DNA of 64,000 nt from Clostridia bacterium (GTDB lineage Bacteria; Bacillota; Clostridia; Christensenellales; Aristaeellaceae): assembly GCA_017549335.1 (NCBI GenBank), contig JAFYVB010000019.1, forward strand, positions 241-64,240, read 5' to 3'. Under the pieces are notes generated by a model. It was not told where the DNA came from, ran no database searches, and was given only the letters and a program-made list of their open reading frames with translations. Numbering within the stretch: the first letter of the stretch is position 1; the number at the start of each line of letters is the position of its first letter. Positions 45,410 through 54,747 of this stretch are shown in pieces. The translations under genes and the position numbers were made by a program.

Positions 45410-46789
45410 TTATCTTTTGCGAAGACCCAGCACAGCCACGGCCTGTGCCAGCGTATTGACGGGGATAAACTCAACGCCTTCCGGCTTTCTGATCTTCTTG
45501 AGCGAGTCACTGGGACACATAATCTGTTTGAATCCAAGGCGAACGCATTCGTTGATCCGCCGTTCCATCTGTGTAATGGCGCGGATCTCGCCCGCCAGCC
45601 CGACCTCGCCCATCACCGCCAGATCACTTGGCAGCGGAACGTCTGAGAGCGAGGAGGCCACCGCCACGCAAAGCGGCAGGTCAACAGCGGGCTCGGACAG
45701 CGACAGGCCGCCCGCCACATTGACGTAAACGTCCTGATTGTACAGCTTCAGACCCGCACGTTTTTCAAGCACCGCCAGCAAAAGCGCCACGCGTCCCTGA
45801 TCGGCGCCGTTGACCGTGCGCCTCGGCACAGCGTAAAAAGATTGTGCAGCCAGCGCCTGCAGATCCACCAGCATGGGGCGGCTGCCTTCCATACAGCAGA
45901 ATACCACCGAGCCGCTCGCTCCCGAAGCACGGTGCGAGATCAGCGTTTCGGAAGCATTCTCCACCGGCATCATACCTTCGCCCGTCATGGAGAAAATGCC
46001 CAGCTCGTTTACCGAACCGAAGCGGTTTTTCACAGCGCGAAGCAGACGGTATTCATGCTGATAATCGCCCTCGAAATACAAAACCACGTCCACCATATGC
46101 TCCAGCACGCGGGGACCGGCCAGAGAACCTTCCTTGGTCACATGGCCCACCAGCACCACCGTGCAGCCGTTGGTTTTGGCATAGCGCATCAGAATGGCCG
46201 CGCTTTCGCGAACCTGACTTACGCTGCCGGGCGCACCCGCAAGATCGGGACGGTACATGGTCTGCACCGAGTCGATCACCACAAAATCGGGCTGTTCGGC
46301 GTTCAGCTTCTCCTCCACCGCATCCATGGCGTTTTCAGCCAGCACACGGATACCGCTGTCATCTGCTCCCAGTCTGTCGGCGCGAAGGCGGATCTGTCTT
46401 GCGCTTTCTTCGCCCGTCACATACATGACGCGTTTGCCGAGCCGAGCCAGTTTATCGCACACCTGCAAAAGCAGCGTGCTTTTGCCTACGCCCGGTTCGC
46501 CGCCCACCAGCATCAGCGAGCCCTCCACCACGCCGCCGCCAAGCACTCTGTCAAATTCAGCAATGCCCGTGCGCTCGTGGGACTGCACGCCCGCGGCGAT
46601 ATCGCTCATTGTTTCCACGCGTCCGCCCGTGCCGCCGCGCTGCTTGTTGGGCTTTGCAGGCGCCTGCACAGGCTGGGGCGCCGTTTCTTCCATGGTGTTC
46701 CACTGATCGCAGGAAGGGCATTTCCCGTACCAGCGGGAACTTTCATAACCGCATTGAGAACATATATATACATTCTTTTGTTTGGGCAA
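45410..46789 (-). CDS. radA: DNA repair protein RadA/Sms
   Basis: Zn finger CSQCGY...CPSCDQWNT and Walker A GGEPGVGKST. TTG 46789 lies 7 nt after GGAGG. Confidence 0.9.
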   Translation of the reverse strand: MPKQKNVYICSQCGYESSRWYGKCPSCDQWNTMEETAPQPVQAPAKPNKQRGGTGGRVETMSDIAAGVQSHERTGIAEFDRVLGGGVVEGSLMLVGGEPGVGKSTLLLQVCDKLARLGKRVMYVTGEESARQIRLRADRLGADDSGIRVLAENAMDAVEEKLNAEQPDFVVIDSVQTMYRPDLAGAPGSVSQVRESAAILMRYAKTNGCTVVLVGHVTKEGSLAGPRVLEHMVDVVLYFEGDYQHEYRLLRAVKNRFGSVNELGIFSMTGEGMMPVENASETLISHRASGASGSVVFCCMEGSRPMLVDLQALAAQSFYAVPRRTVNGADQGRVALLLAVLEKRAGLKLYNQDVYVNVAGGLSLSEPAVDLPLCVAVASSLSDVPLPSDLAVMGEVGLAGEIRAITQMERRINECVRLGFKQIMCPSDSLKKIRKPEGVEFIPVNTLAQAVAVLGLRKR

Positions 46790-46937
46790 GATACTTCCTC
46801 CTTCCGAAATATTGTAAAATTCGCCGCAAAGGACGTTTTCCCTGCCTTTTACCAGCAATTTCCATGCTTTTTCCCTTGTAATCGGCGGCGTAATTCTTTA
46901 TAATATGGATTGTTTATTTTTGGAGGATACCCAAGCC

Positions 46938-48011
46938 ATGAGAAAAGAACGCGCGTTATTTCAGGAAAAAGAAAAAGAGAAGGTTTCCGGCTGTCTTGTA
47001 TACCCGCTGCTGCTGGTACTGGCGGCTGCCGTGATCATTGCGCTGAATCTGATCAACAGCGGCCGCGTGCTGCTCGATAAACAGGACGTCACCGTTCCGT
47101 CGCTTTCAAGCGATCTTGAAAAATACCGCATTTTGCACATCAGCGATCTGCACGGAAACGAATTCGGCGCAGATCACTCCACCCTTTCAAACTTGCTGAA
47201 GGGATCTTCCTATCGTGCGGTTTGCATCACCGGCGACGTCTGCGGCAGGGACGGCAGCTACGATGCATTTTTGAAGCTGCTTGATATTTTCCCCGCCGAG
47301 ATCCCCGTATTTTTCATCGCAGGCGATGAAGACCCCGAACCCATCCTCACGGCAAGCCACGGCTCTGACAGTGTAAAGGCGGATTATATCCTTGCCGCCG
47401 AAGCCAAAGGCGCCATCTATCTGGATGCCCCCTACAAGCTCACCGTGGGCAAAAGCGTGATCTGGTTCTCTCCCGAATCGGTGTACGGACTGGATATCGA
47501 TTCTTCCCGCGCCGCCTATCAATCCAGAAGAGATCAGCTGACCAAAGGACAGGAACAGTATCTGCCCGATAACGCGGCGCAAATCCGCGCCATCGACTAC
47601 AGGCTGGACGTCCTCTCCCGCATCGAAGCCGCCAGGCGCGAAATGAAACCGGTCGATGCGCAGATTGCCCTTACCCATCACCCCCTGACCGGCGAAACCC
47701 TCAATCTCCTCCAGCAATGGGCCGGCAGTGCGGAAGGCAACTTTCTCCGGAACGTATCTCTCATCCTCGCCGGGCATTATAACGCAGGCCAGGTCAGAGT
47801 ACCGCTGATCGGCGCACTTCGCGCTCCCGCTTCCGCAGGCGGCAAGTGGCTGCCCGGCGACGAGGCCATCGTGGGTCTTAACACCATCCACGGCGTGACC
47901 CAGTATATCAGCCCCGGCCTTGGCGTATCCAGGGATTATCTCATCCCGCTGCGCATCTTCAACACCCCTTCCATTACCCTCATCACCCTCACTTCCAGGC
48001 TGACGGTGTAA
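46938..48011 (+). CDS. membrane-anchored metallophosphoesterase
   Basis: ILHISDLHG, GDVCGRDG and IAGDEDP motifs, plus an N-terminal TM helix. The start is uncertain (46905 is the alternative). Confidence 0.75.
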   Translation: MRKERALFQEKEKEKVSGCLVYPLLLVLAAAVIIALNLINSGRVLLDKQDVTVPSLSSDLEKYRILHISDLHGNEFGADHSTLSNLLKGSSYRAVCITGDVCGRDGSYDAFLKLLDIFPAEIPVFFIAGDEDPEPILTASHGSDSVKADYILAAEAKGAIYLDAPYKLTVGKSVIWFSPESVYGLDIDSSRAAYQSRRDQLTKGQEQYLPDNAAQIRAIDYRLDVLSRIEAARREMKPVDAQIALTHHPLTGETLNLLQQWAGSAEGNFLRNVSLILAGHYNAGQVRVPLIGALRAPASAGGKWLPGDEAIVGLNTIHGVTQYISPGLGVSRDYLIPLRIFNTPSITLITLTSRLTV

Positions 48012-48017
48012 TTCTTC

Positions 48018-48046
48018 TTGACAATTCCGATGAATCTTCATATAAT
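48018..48046 (+). promoter_or_regulatory. consensus sigma-A promoter
   Basis: TTGACA, a 17-nt spacer, then TATAAT. Confidence 0.7.
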
Positions 48047-48052
48047 GGATCA

Positions 48053-48285
48053 GGCGATGAACGGAAAAGTCGTCCGGCAAATTCACCCCAAGAGAGAGCG
48101 CGTCACCGGCTGCGAGCGTGCTCGGGCGAATCGGGCAGTGCCTCCGCGAGCCGCACACCGAAAATTACAGTAGGCTGTGCCGTATACGCTGCGTTAAAGC
48201 GATTCAAGAGGAAAAGCGCTGCTTTTCAATCGGAGTGGAACCGCGGTTTATCACCGTCTCCTTGCTGGAGGCGGTGTTTTGTTTT
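48053..48285 (+). promoter_or_regulatory. T-box leader (presumed Cys) with terminator
   Basis: AGAGAG at 48091-48098 and T-box sequence AATCGGAGTGGAACCGCGG at 48228-48246. The terminator is CACCGTCTCC/GGAGGCGGTG plus a T-run (48252-48285). The downstream genes are cysE-cysS. Confidence 0.8.
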
Positions 48286-48306
48286 GTAGTTGTAAAGGAG
48301 ATTTCT

Positions 48307-49017
48307 ATGTTCGCAAGACTCACCGAGGACATCTCAACGGTTTTTGCCCGCGACCCCGCAGCAAAAAGCAAATGGGAAGTGCTCTTCTGCTACGCCGGCG
48401 TCAAAGCCCTGTTTTCCCACAGGCTGGCGCACAGGCTGTATAAAAACGGCCATTATTTCCTTGCGCGGTGGCTCTCTTCCCGCTGCAAGAAAAAAACAGG
48501 CATCGAGATTCATCCCGGCGCCACCATCGGCAGACGGGTATTTATCGACCACGGTTCAGGCGTTGTGATCGGCGAAACCTGCGAGATCGGTGATGACGTG
48601 ACCATCTATCAGGGCGTCACGCTGGGCGGTACAGGCAAAGATCACGGCAAGCGCCATCCCACCATCGGAAACGGTGTGATCGTAGGTGCAGGCGCCAAGG
48701 TGCTTGGCCCCATCGAAATCGGCCAGAACGTCAAAATCGGCGCCGGTGCGGTGGTATTAAAGCCCGTCCCCGAAGGATGCACCGTAGTAGGCAACCCCGG
48801 CCGCATCGTGCGCCGCGCAGACGGTTCCCGTCCCACTCTTGACCATGCCAACCTGCCCGACCCCATGCTGGAGCGGATGCAGCAGCTGTACGAGCGGCTC
48901 GTTGAGCTTGAAACGGCCCTTCGCCGCCACGCCTGTGAGGCAGGATGCGAAACCTGCGGGCAGGACGCCGCCTCTTGTCCCCTCAACCATATTTGCAACC
49001 CAAAGACAGAACCGTAA
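48307..49017 (+). CDS. cysE: serine O-acetyltransferase with Cys-rich C-terminal tail
   Basis: Hexapeptide repeats ([11 protein letters not shown]...[11 protein letters not shown]). AAAGGAG RBS. Confidence 0.9.
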   Translation: MFARLTEDISTVFARDPAAKSKWEVLFCYAGVKALFSHRLAHRLYKNGHYFLARWLSSRCKKKTGIEIHPGATIGRRVFIDHGSGVVIGETCEIGDDVTIYQGVTLGGTGKDHGKRHPTIGNGVIVGAGAKVLGPIEIGQNVKIGAGAVVLKPVPEGCTVVGNPGRIVRRADGSRPTLDHANLPDPMLERMQQLYERLVELETALRRHACEAGCETCGQDAASCPLNHICNPKTEP

Positions 49018-49032
49018 GGAGGAATATACATT

Positions 49033-50430
49033 ATGCAGATTTTCAACAGCAAAACCCGCCGCAAGGAAGATTTCGTCCCGATCCGCGAAGGTCACGTGGG
49101 TATTTACGCCTGCGGCCCCACGGTGTATGACTATTTTCACATCGGCAACGCCCGTCCCTTCATCACCTTTGACGTGCTGCGCCGCTATCTTGAGCATCGC
49201 GGCTACAAGGTGACTTTCGTACAGAACTTTACCGATATCGACGACAAAATGATCCGTCGCGCCAACAACGAAGGCATCACCGTCAAAGAGCTGGGCGACC
49301 GCTTCATCGGCGAATATTACAAGGACGCCAAGGCGCTGGGCATCCGTCCCGCCACCGTTCATCCCCGCGCCACCGAGCATATTCCCCAGATCATCTCCCT
49401 CGTGCAAAAGCTGATTGACAACGGTCTTGCCTATGAAGTAAACGGCGACGTTTACTTTGACACCAAGGCCTTCCCCCACTACGGCTGCCTTTCCGGTCAG
49501 AATCTGGAAGATCTGGAAGCCGGCGCCCGTATCGAAGTGGACTCCGTCAAAAAGAATCCTGCAGACTTTGCCGTATGGAAGGCCCAGAAGCCCGGCGAGC
49601 CCGCCTGGGAAAGCCCCTGGGGCATGGGACGTCCCGGCTGGCACATCGAGTGCTCTGCCATGAGCATGGAATATCTGGGCGACACCTTTGACATCCATTG
49701 CGGCGGCAAGGATCTGCTCTTCCCGCATCACGAAAACGAAGTAGCCCAGAGCGAAGGCGCCACCGGACATCCCTACGTCAATTACTGGATGCACAACGGC
49801 TTCATCAACGTGGATAATGAAAAGATGTCCAAATCCCTGGGCAATTTCTTCACCGTCCGCGACATTCTCAAGGAGTACGAAGCCGAAGACGTGCGTATGT
49901 TCATGCTTTCCGCCCAGTACCGCAGCCCCATCAACTTCAGCCGTGAGATGATCGCGCAAGCGCACGCTTCGCTGACCCGTCTGTACACCGCCCGCGATCA
50001 GATGGAATTCCTGCTGCAGCACGCTGCCGATAAGGAACAGACCGCCGAAGAAACCGCGCTGGCTGAGCGCATCGCAAGCTATATTGCCCGCTTTGACAAT
50101 GCCATGGACGATGACCTGAACACCGCCGACGCCATGGGCGCGCTGTTTGAGATCGTGCATGACGCCAACGTGACACTCACCGCCGACAGCAGCAAAAAAG
50201 CCATTGAGAACACCCTCAGCGCCCTCACTTCTCTTTGCGACGTGCTGGGTCTGCTGGTCAAAAAGACAAACGACCTCCCCGCCGAGGTGCAGCAGATGGC
50301 CGACGAGCGCGCTCAGGCCCGTAAAGACCGCGACTGGAAAAAGAGCGATGAGCTCCGCGACGCCCTCAAGGCTCTGGGCTACATCGTAGAAGACACGAAA
50401 GAAGGTCAGAAGGTACGAAAGGCAGTATAA
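49033..50430 (+). CDS. cysS: cysteine--tRNA ligase
   Basis: HIGN (HIGH) and KMSKS motifs. 465 aa. Confidence 0.95.
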   Translation: MQIFNSKTRRKEDFVPIREGHVGIYACGPTVYDYFHIGNARPFITFDVLRRYLEHRGYKVTFVQNFTDIDDKMIRRANNEGITVKELGDRFIGEYYKDAKALGIRPATVHPRATEHIPQIISLVQKLIDNGLAYEVNGDVYFDTKAFPHYGCLSGQNLEDLEAGARIEVDSVKKNPADFAVWKAQKPGEPAWESPWGMGRPGWHIECSAMSMEYLGDTFDIHCGGKDLLFPHHENEVAQSEGATGHPYVNYWMHNGFINVDNEKMSKSLGNFFTVRDILKEYEAEDVRMFMLSAQYRSPINFSREMIAQAHASLTRLYTARDQMEFLLQHAADKEQTAEETALAERIASYIARFDNAMDDDLNTADAMGALFEIVHDANVTLTADSSKKAIENTLSALTSLCDVLGLLVKKTNDLPAEVQQMADERAQARKDRDWKKSDELRDALKALGYIVEDTKEGQKVRKAV

Positions 50431-50468
50431 ACCTGCATCCTGTATCTCCCCGCGCCCGCAAGGCAGTT

Positions 50469-50807
50469 TTGCCGATCTTGAGCATTCTCCTGGCGGGCGC
50501 TCTTTTGTGTGCCGTCGCCGGCTATCTTTTTTCATTCAGGCCCACGCCTGTATATGCCTATTTGTCCGAAAATGTTACCCCTGCGCCTCAGCCGTCCCCA
50601 ATGATCGCCGAAGGCATGATCAATATCAATTCCGCCTCCCTTGAGGAGCTGATAGCACTGCCCGGAATCGGTGAAACGACAGCCCGCGCCATCCTCGGTT
50701 TGCGCTTGGAACTGGGCACGTTCCGTATCAAGGAAGATCTTTTGCTGGTCAAGGGCATCGGTGAAAAGAAGCTGGAAGCCATCCGCGAACTGATTTATAT
50801 CAGGTAA
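50469..50807 (+). CDS. ComEA-like helix-hairpin-helix DNA-binding protein (short form)
   Basis: N-terminal TM helix and tandem HhH (LPGIGETTARAI...VKGIGEKKLEAI). TTG start, no clear RBS. Confidence 0.65.
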   Translation: MPILSILLAGALLCAVAGYLFSFRPTPVYAYLSENVTPAPQPSPMIAEGMININSASLEELIALPGIGETTARAILGLRLELGTFRIKEDLLLVKGIGEKKLEAIRELIYIR

Positions 50808-50820
50808 CCGCGTTTTCCCC

Positions 50821-50849
50821 TTGTATTTCCAGCAAAAAAACGCTATAAT
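50821..50849 (+). promoter_or_regulatory. sigma-A promoter candidate for glnS-gltX
   Basis: TTGTAT, a 17-nt spacer, then TATAAT. Confidence 0.5.
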
Positions 50850-50904
50850 AACAAAATGGCTGCTTGTTGGCCTGCATCAAATCATTTATTACGGAGGGAT
50901 CATT

Positions 50905-52659
50905 ATGGAAGAAGCGTTCGAACGCACCAATTTTATCTGGGATGCCATTGACCAGGATCTGGAGAGCGAACGCTATCAACAGGTCCACACCCGTTTCCCG
51001 CCCGAACCCAACGGCTATATGCATATCGGTCACTGCAAGGCGCTGATCACCGACTTTTTGACTGCCGAAAAGTACGGCGGTCTTTGCAACCTGCGCTTTG
51101 ACGACACCAATCCCGCCAAGGAAGATACCGAGTATGTGGAAGCCATCAAGCGCGATATCAAGTGGCTGGGCTTTGACTGGACGGGCGGTCTGTATTATGC
51201 GTCCGATTACTATGACAAGTGCTATGAAATCGCCGAGGACTGGATCAAGCGCGGTCTGGCCTACGTGGATGAGCTGAGCAAGGATGAAATGCGCGAATAT
51301 CGCGGCACGCTGACCAAGCCCGGCAAAAATTCCCCCTGGCGCGACCGTCCCGCGGAGGAATCTCTTGATCTTTTCCGCCGCATGAAAGCCGGCGAATTTG
51401 CCGAGGGTCAGTACACCCTGCGCGCCAAGATCGATATGGCCTCGCCCAACATCGTCATGCGCGACCCTGCCATGTACCGCATCCTGTACAAGGAGCACTG
51501 GCGCACGGGCAAAAAGTGGTGCATCTACCCCATGTACGACTTTGCCCATCCCATCGGCGACGCGCTGGAAGGCATCAGCCATTCGCTGTGCTCTCTTGAA
51601 TATGAGATCCACCGTCCTCTCTACGATTGGGTGGTGGAGCACAGCCAGAATATGCTGCCCGCCAAGCCCCGTCAGATCGAGTTTGCCCGCCTGAACCTGA
51701 CCCAGACCGTCATGTCCAAGCGCAAGCTCCGCGCACTGGTGGAAGGCAAGTTCGTCCGCGGCTGGGACGATCCCCGTATGCCCACCCTGTCCGCACTGCG
51801 CCGCCGCGGCTATACCGCCGCCGCCATCCGCGATTTTATCAGCCGTGTGGGCGTGGCTAAGGCCGACTCCACCGTTGACTACGCGCTGCTGGAAGCCTGC
51901 GTACGTGAAGATCTGGGCAACAACGCCGCCCGTGCCATGGCCGTGCTGAACCCCATCAAGGTGGTTCTGACCAACTGGCCCGAAAACGAAACCAAAACCC
52001 TCGTGATGGAAAACCATCCCGATCATCCCGAAATGGGCACCCACGAAATCACCTTCGGCCGGGAGATCTATATCGACGCCGATGATTTCATGGAAGAACC
52101 CGCCAAGAAGTTCCAGCGTATGTACCCCGGCTTTGAAGTTCGCCTGAAGGGCGCCTACATCGTCAAGTGCGAAGGCTGCACCAAGGATGAAAACGGCAAC
52201 GTCGTTGAAATCCAGTGCACAGTGGATCTTGATTCCGCCTCCGGCACCCCCGGCTCCGAACGCAAGATCAAGGGCAAGGTTCTCCATTGGGTCAGCGCCG
52301 CTGACGCCGTCCCCTTCGAAGCCCGTCTGTACGAGCCTTTGCTCGCTTCCGACGAGGAGCTTGCCGAAGAAGCCGAAGCCGTCGCCGAGGAAACCGCCGA
52401 TACCGAAGAGAATCAGGAAGTTGCCGACGAGACCCTTACCCGCAAGGATTACGATTTCCTCAAGAAGCTCAATCCCAACAGTCTGTCTGTGGTAAACGGC
52501 TTTGTTGAGCCCTGTGTCCTTGATGCGCAGGTCGGCACCACTTACCAGTTCCTGCGCGTGGGCTATTTCTGCAAGGATCCCGATTCCACCGCCGTAAAGC
52601 CCGTTTTCAACCGCACCGTCGGTCTGCGCGATACCTTCGCCAAGCAGGTCAAGAAATAA
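50905..52659 (+). CDS. glnS: glutamine--tRNA ligase
   Basis: FPPEPNGYMHIGH (HIGH) and VMSKR motifs. GGAGGG RBS. Confidence 0.95.
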   Translation: MEEAFERTNFIWDAIDQDLESERYQQVHTRFPPEPNGYMHIGHCKALITDFLTAEKYGGLCNLRFDDTNPAKEDTEYVEAIKRDIKWLGFDWTGGLYYASDYYDKCYEIAEDWIKRGLAYVDELSKDEMREYRGTLTKPGKNSPWRDRPAEESLDLFRRMKAGEFAEGQYTLRAKIDMASPNIVMRDPAMYRILYKEHWRTGKKWCIYPMYDFAHPIGDALEGISHSLCSLEYEIHRPLYDWVVEHSQNMLPAKPRQIEFARLNLTQTVMSKRKLRALVEGKFVRGWDDPRMPTLSALRRRGYTAAAIRDFISRVGVAKADSTVDYALLEACVREDLGNNAARAMAVLNPIKVVLTNWPENETKTLVMENHPDHPEMGTHEITFGREIYIDADDFMEEPAKKFQRMYPGFEVRLKGAYIVKCEGCTKDENGNVVEIQCTVDLDSASGTPGSERKIKGKVLHWVSAADAVPFEARLYEPLLASDEELAEEAEAVAEETADTEENQEVADETLTRKDYDFLKKLNPNSLSVVNGFVEPCVLDAQVGTTYQFLRVGYFCKDPDSTAVKPVFNRTVGLRDTFAKQVKK

Positions 52660-52698
52660 TCACACAGAAGGTTTTCCCTTCTTTTAGGAGGATAACAC

Positions 52699-54156
52699 AT
52701 GAAAGAAGTTCGCACGCGCTTTGCCCCCTCGCCCACGGGCTTTATGCACCTGGGCGGTCTGCGCACCGCGCTTTATAACTATCTCTATGCCAAGAAGAAC
52801 GGCGGTAAGTTCATCCTGCGCATTGAGGATACCGATCAGGAACGCTTTGTAGAAGGCGCCACCGAGGTCATTTACGATACCCTGCGCGGCTGCGGCATGG
52901 ATTGGGACGAAGGTCCCGATATTGGCGGCGACTATGGCCCCTACGTGCAGTCCGACCGCAAGGATATGTATCTTCCCTATGCCCAGCAGCTGGTGGAAAA
53001 GGGCGCTGCCTACTACTGCTTCTGCACCAAGGAAGAGCTGGACGAGCGCCGTGCCGCCTGCGAAGCAAAAGGCGAAGTGTTCAAGTATGACAAGCACTGT
53101 CTGAACATGAGCAAGGAAGAAGTGCAGCAGAAGCTTGACGCGGGCGTTCCCTACGTCATCCGCCTCAACTGCCCCACCGAAGGCGAAACCACCTACGAAG
53201 ACGTGGTTTTCGGCAAATTGACCTTCCCCAACGACACGCTGGATGACATGGTGCTCATCAAGCAGGACGGTATGCCCACCTACAACTTCGCCAACGTTGT
53301 GGACGATCATCTCATGGGCATCACCCACGTCATGCGCGGCATGGAGTATCTCTCCTCCACTCCCAAGTACAATCTGCTTTACAACGCTTTTGGCTGGGAT
53401 ATCCCCGAATACGTGCATCTCACCACCGTTATGCGCGACGCCCAGCACAAGCTTTCCAAGCGCGACGGCGACGCCTATTACAGCGATTTCATCGAAAAGG
53501 GCTACCTGAAGGAGGCGCTGATCAACTATCTGGCGCTGGTGGGCTGGAATCCCGGCGATGACCGCGAGTTCTTTACCATGGACGAGCTGATCGACGTATT
53601 CGACATCCATCGCCTGAACAACTCCCCCGGCATCTTCGATATGAACAAGCTGGACTGGATGAACACCCAATACATCGCCAAGATGGATCCCGAAAAGTAC
53701 CTTGAGATGGGCACGCCCTGGTTTGACAAGGTGCTTGCCGGTAAGAACATCGATTACAAGCGTCTGGCCGAGCTGATGCAGGGCCGCACCGAAGTGTTCA
53801 ACCGCGTACCTGCCATGGTGGAGTTCCTTGCCGAAATGCCCGAATACGAGCTGGAGCTGTACACCCACAAAAAGATGAAGACCAATCCCGAAGTCGCCAA
53901 GGAATCTCTGGAGCTGGTCAAGCCCGTTCTGGAAGGCATTCAGGATTGGACCGAAAGCAATCTGCATGACGCTGTGATGGAAGCCATCGCCTCTTCCGGC
54001 AAGAAAAACGGCGCTGTTCTGTGGCCTCTGCGCATCGCCATCTCCGGCATGGCCTCCACACCCGGCGGCGCCTTTGAAATCGCCTACCTGCTGGGCCGTG
54101 AGGAAACCATGGCGCGTCTTGAAAAATCCATGGAAAAGCTTGCCGAAAACGCTTGA
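52699..54156 (+). CDS. gltX: glutamate--tRNA ligase
   Basis: RFAPSPTGFMHLGG and KLSKR motifs. AGGAGG RBS. Confidence 0.95.
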   Translation: MKEVRTRFAPSPTGFMHLGGLRTALYNYLYAKKNGGKFILRIEDTDQERFVEGATEVIYDTLRGCGMDWDEGPDIGGDYGPYVQSDRKDMYLPYAQQLVEKGAAYYCFCTKEELDERRAACEAKGEVFKYDKHCLNMSKEEVQQKLDAGVPYVIRLNCPTEGETTYEDVVFGKLTFPNDTLDDMVLIKQDGMPTYNFANVVDDHLMGITHVMRGMEYLSSTPKYNLLYNAFGWDIPEYVHLTTVMRDAQHKLSKRDGDAYYSDFIEKGYLKEALINYLALVGWNPGDDREFFTMDELIDVFDIHRLNNSPGIFDMNKLDWMNTQYIAKMDPEKYLEMGTPWFDKVLAGKNIDYKRLAELMQGRTEVFNRVPAMVEFLAEMPEYELELYTHKKMKTNPEVAKESLELVKPVLEGIQDWTESNLHDAVMEAIASSGKKNGAVLWPLRIAISGMASTPGGAFEIAYLLGREETMARLEKSMEKLAENA

Positions 54157-54181
54157 TTTTCCACCAGATATTGCATATAAT
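54153..54181 (+). promoter_or_regulatory. sigma-A promoter candidate
   Basis: TTGATT, a 17-nt spacer, then TATAAT. Confidence 0.45.
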
Positions 54182-54225
54182 AGCATATATGAGATAACAA
54201 AATAACCCGAAGGAGGTTGTTTCCC

Positions 54226-54453
54226 ATGAAATCCATTCCGATCAAGCTCAGCTTTGCCGAAGAAGTAAAGACCTTCGTCAACATCGTGAACCGCTACGAT
54301 TATGATATGGACCTTCGCGCCGGCCGTCACGTGGTTGACGCCAAGTCCATTCTGGGTATCTTCTCTCTGGATCTGAGCCGCCCCATCACGCTGGAAGTCT
54401 ATGCCGATTCCTGCGATGAGCTGGAGCGCGACATCACTCAGTTCAAGATCTGA
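54226..54453 (+). CDS. HPr-fold protein lacking the His15 motif, 75 aa
   Basis: AGGAGG lies 9 nt upstream. A VDAKSILGI block resembles the HPr Ser46 region. No GxHARPA motif. Confidence 0.65.
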   Translation: MKSIPIKLSFAEEVKTFVNIVNRYDYDMDLRAGRHVVDAKSILGIFSLDLSRPITLEVYADSCDELERDITQFKI

Positions 54454-54467
54454 TGCATACCGCTCAT

Positions 54468-54501
54468 TCCCCCGCGCATAGGTTACGCGGGGGGATTTTT
54501 T
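54468..54501 (+). terminator. hairpin + U-run ending at the yqfC start codon
   Basis: TCCCCCGCG-N10-CGCGGGGGGA, then TTTTT, then ATG 54502. Confidence 0.6.
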
Positions 54502-54747
54502 ATGTCTAAAAACCTGCTGTTCCCGCCCGAAGCGGTATCGGGCGCAAGCCGCATCATCTTAACGGGCGAAGACCGATTGCTCATCGAACAGCACAAGGGA
54601 CTGTTTTCCTATGACAGCGCCTGTATTCGTGTGCGCATCGGCGAAAAAATACTCAATATCCTTGGCGAAAAGCTTGTCATTCACCGTTTTGGAGCGGATG
54701 AAATCTGTATTCACGGTACTGTCCGTGCCTTGGAGTTTGATTCATGA
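54502..54747 (+). CDS. yqfC: sporulation protein YqfC (YabP family)
   Basis: 81 aa. YabP-like pattern (ILTGEDRLLIEQHKGL...IHGTV) and synteny with yqfD. Confidence 0.8.
   Translation: MSKNLLFPPEAVSGASRIILTGEDRLLIEQHKGLFSYDSACIRVRIGEKILNILGEKLVIHRFGADEICIHGTVRALEFDS

Noticed and set aside
48757-54330. Minus-strand ORFs 48757..50535, 50800..52287 and 52684..54330
   Set aside because: They are antisense to cysS, glnS and gltX, which carry unmistakable class I aaRS motifs. These are typical open antisense frames of GC-rich coding DNA.
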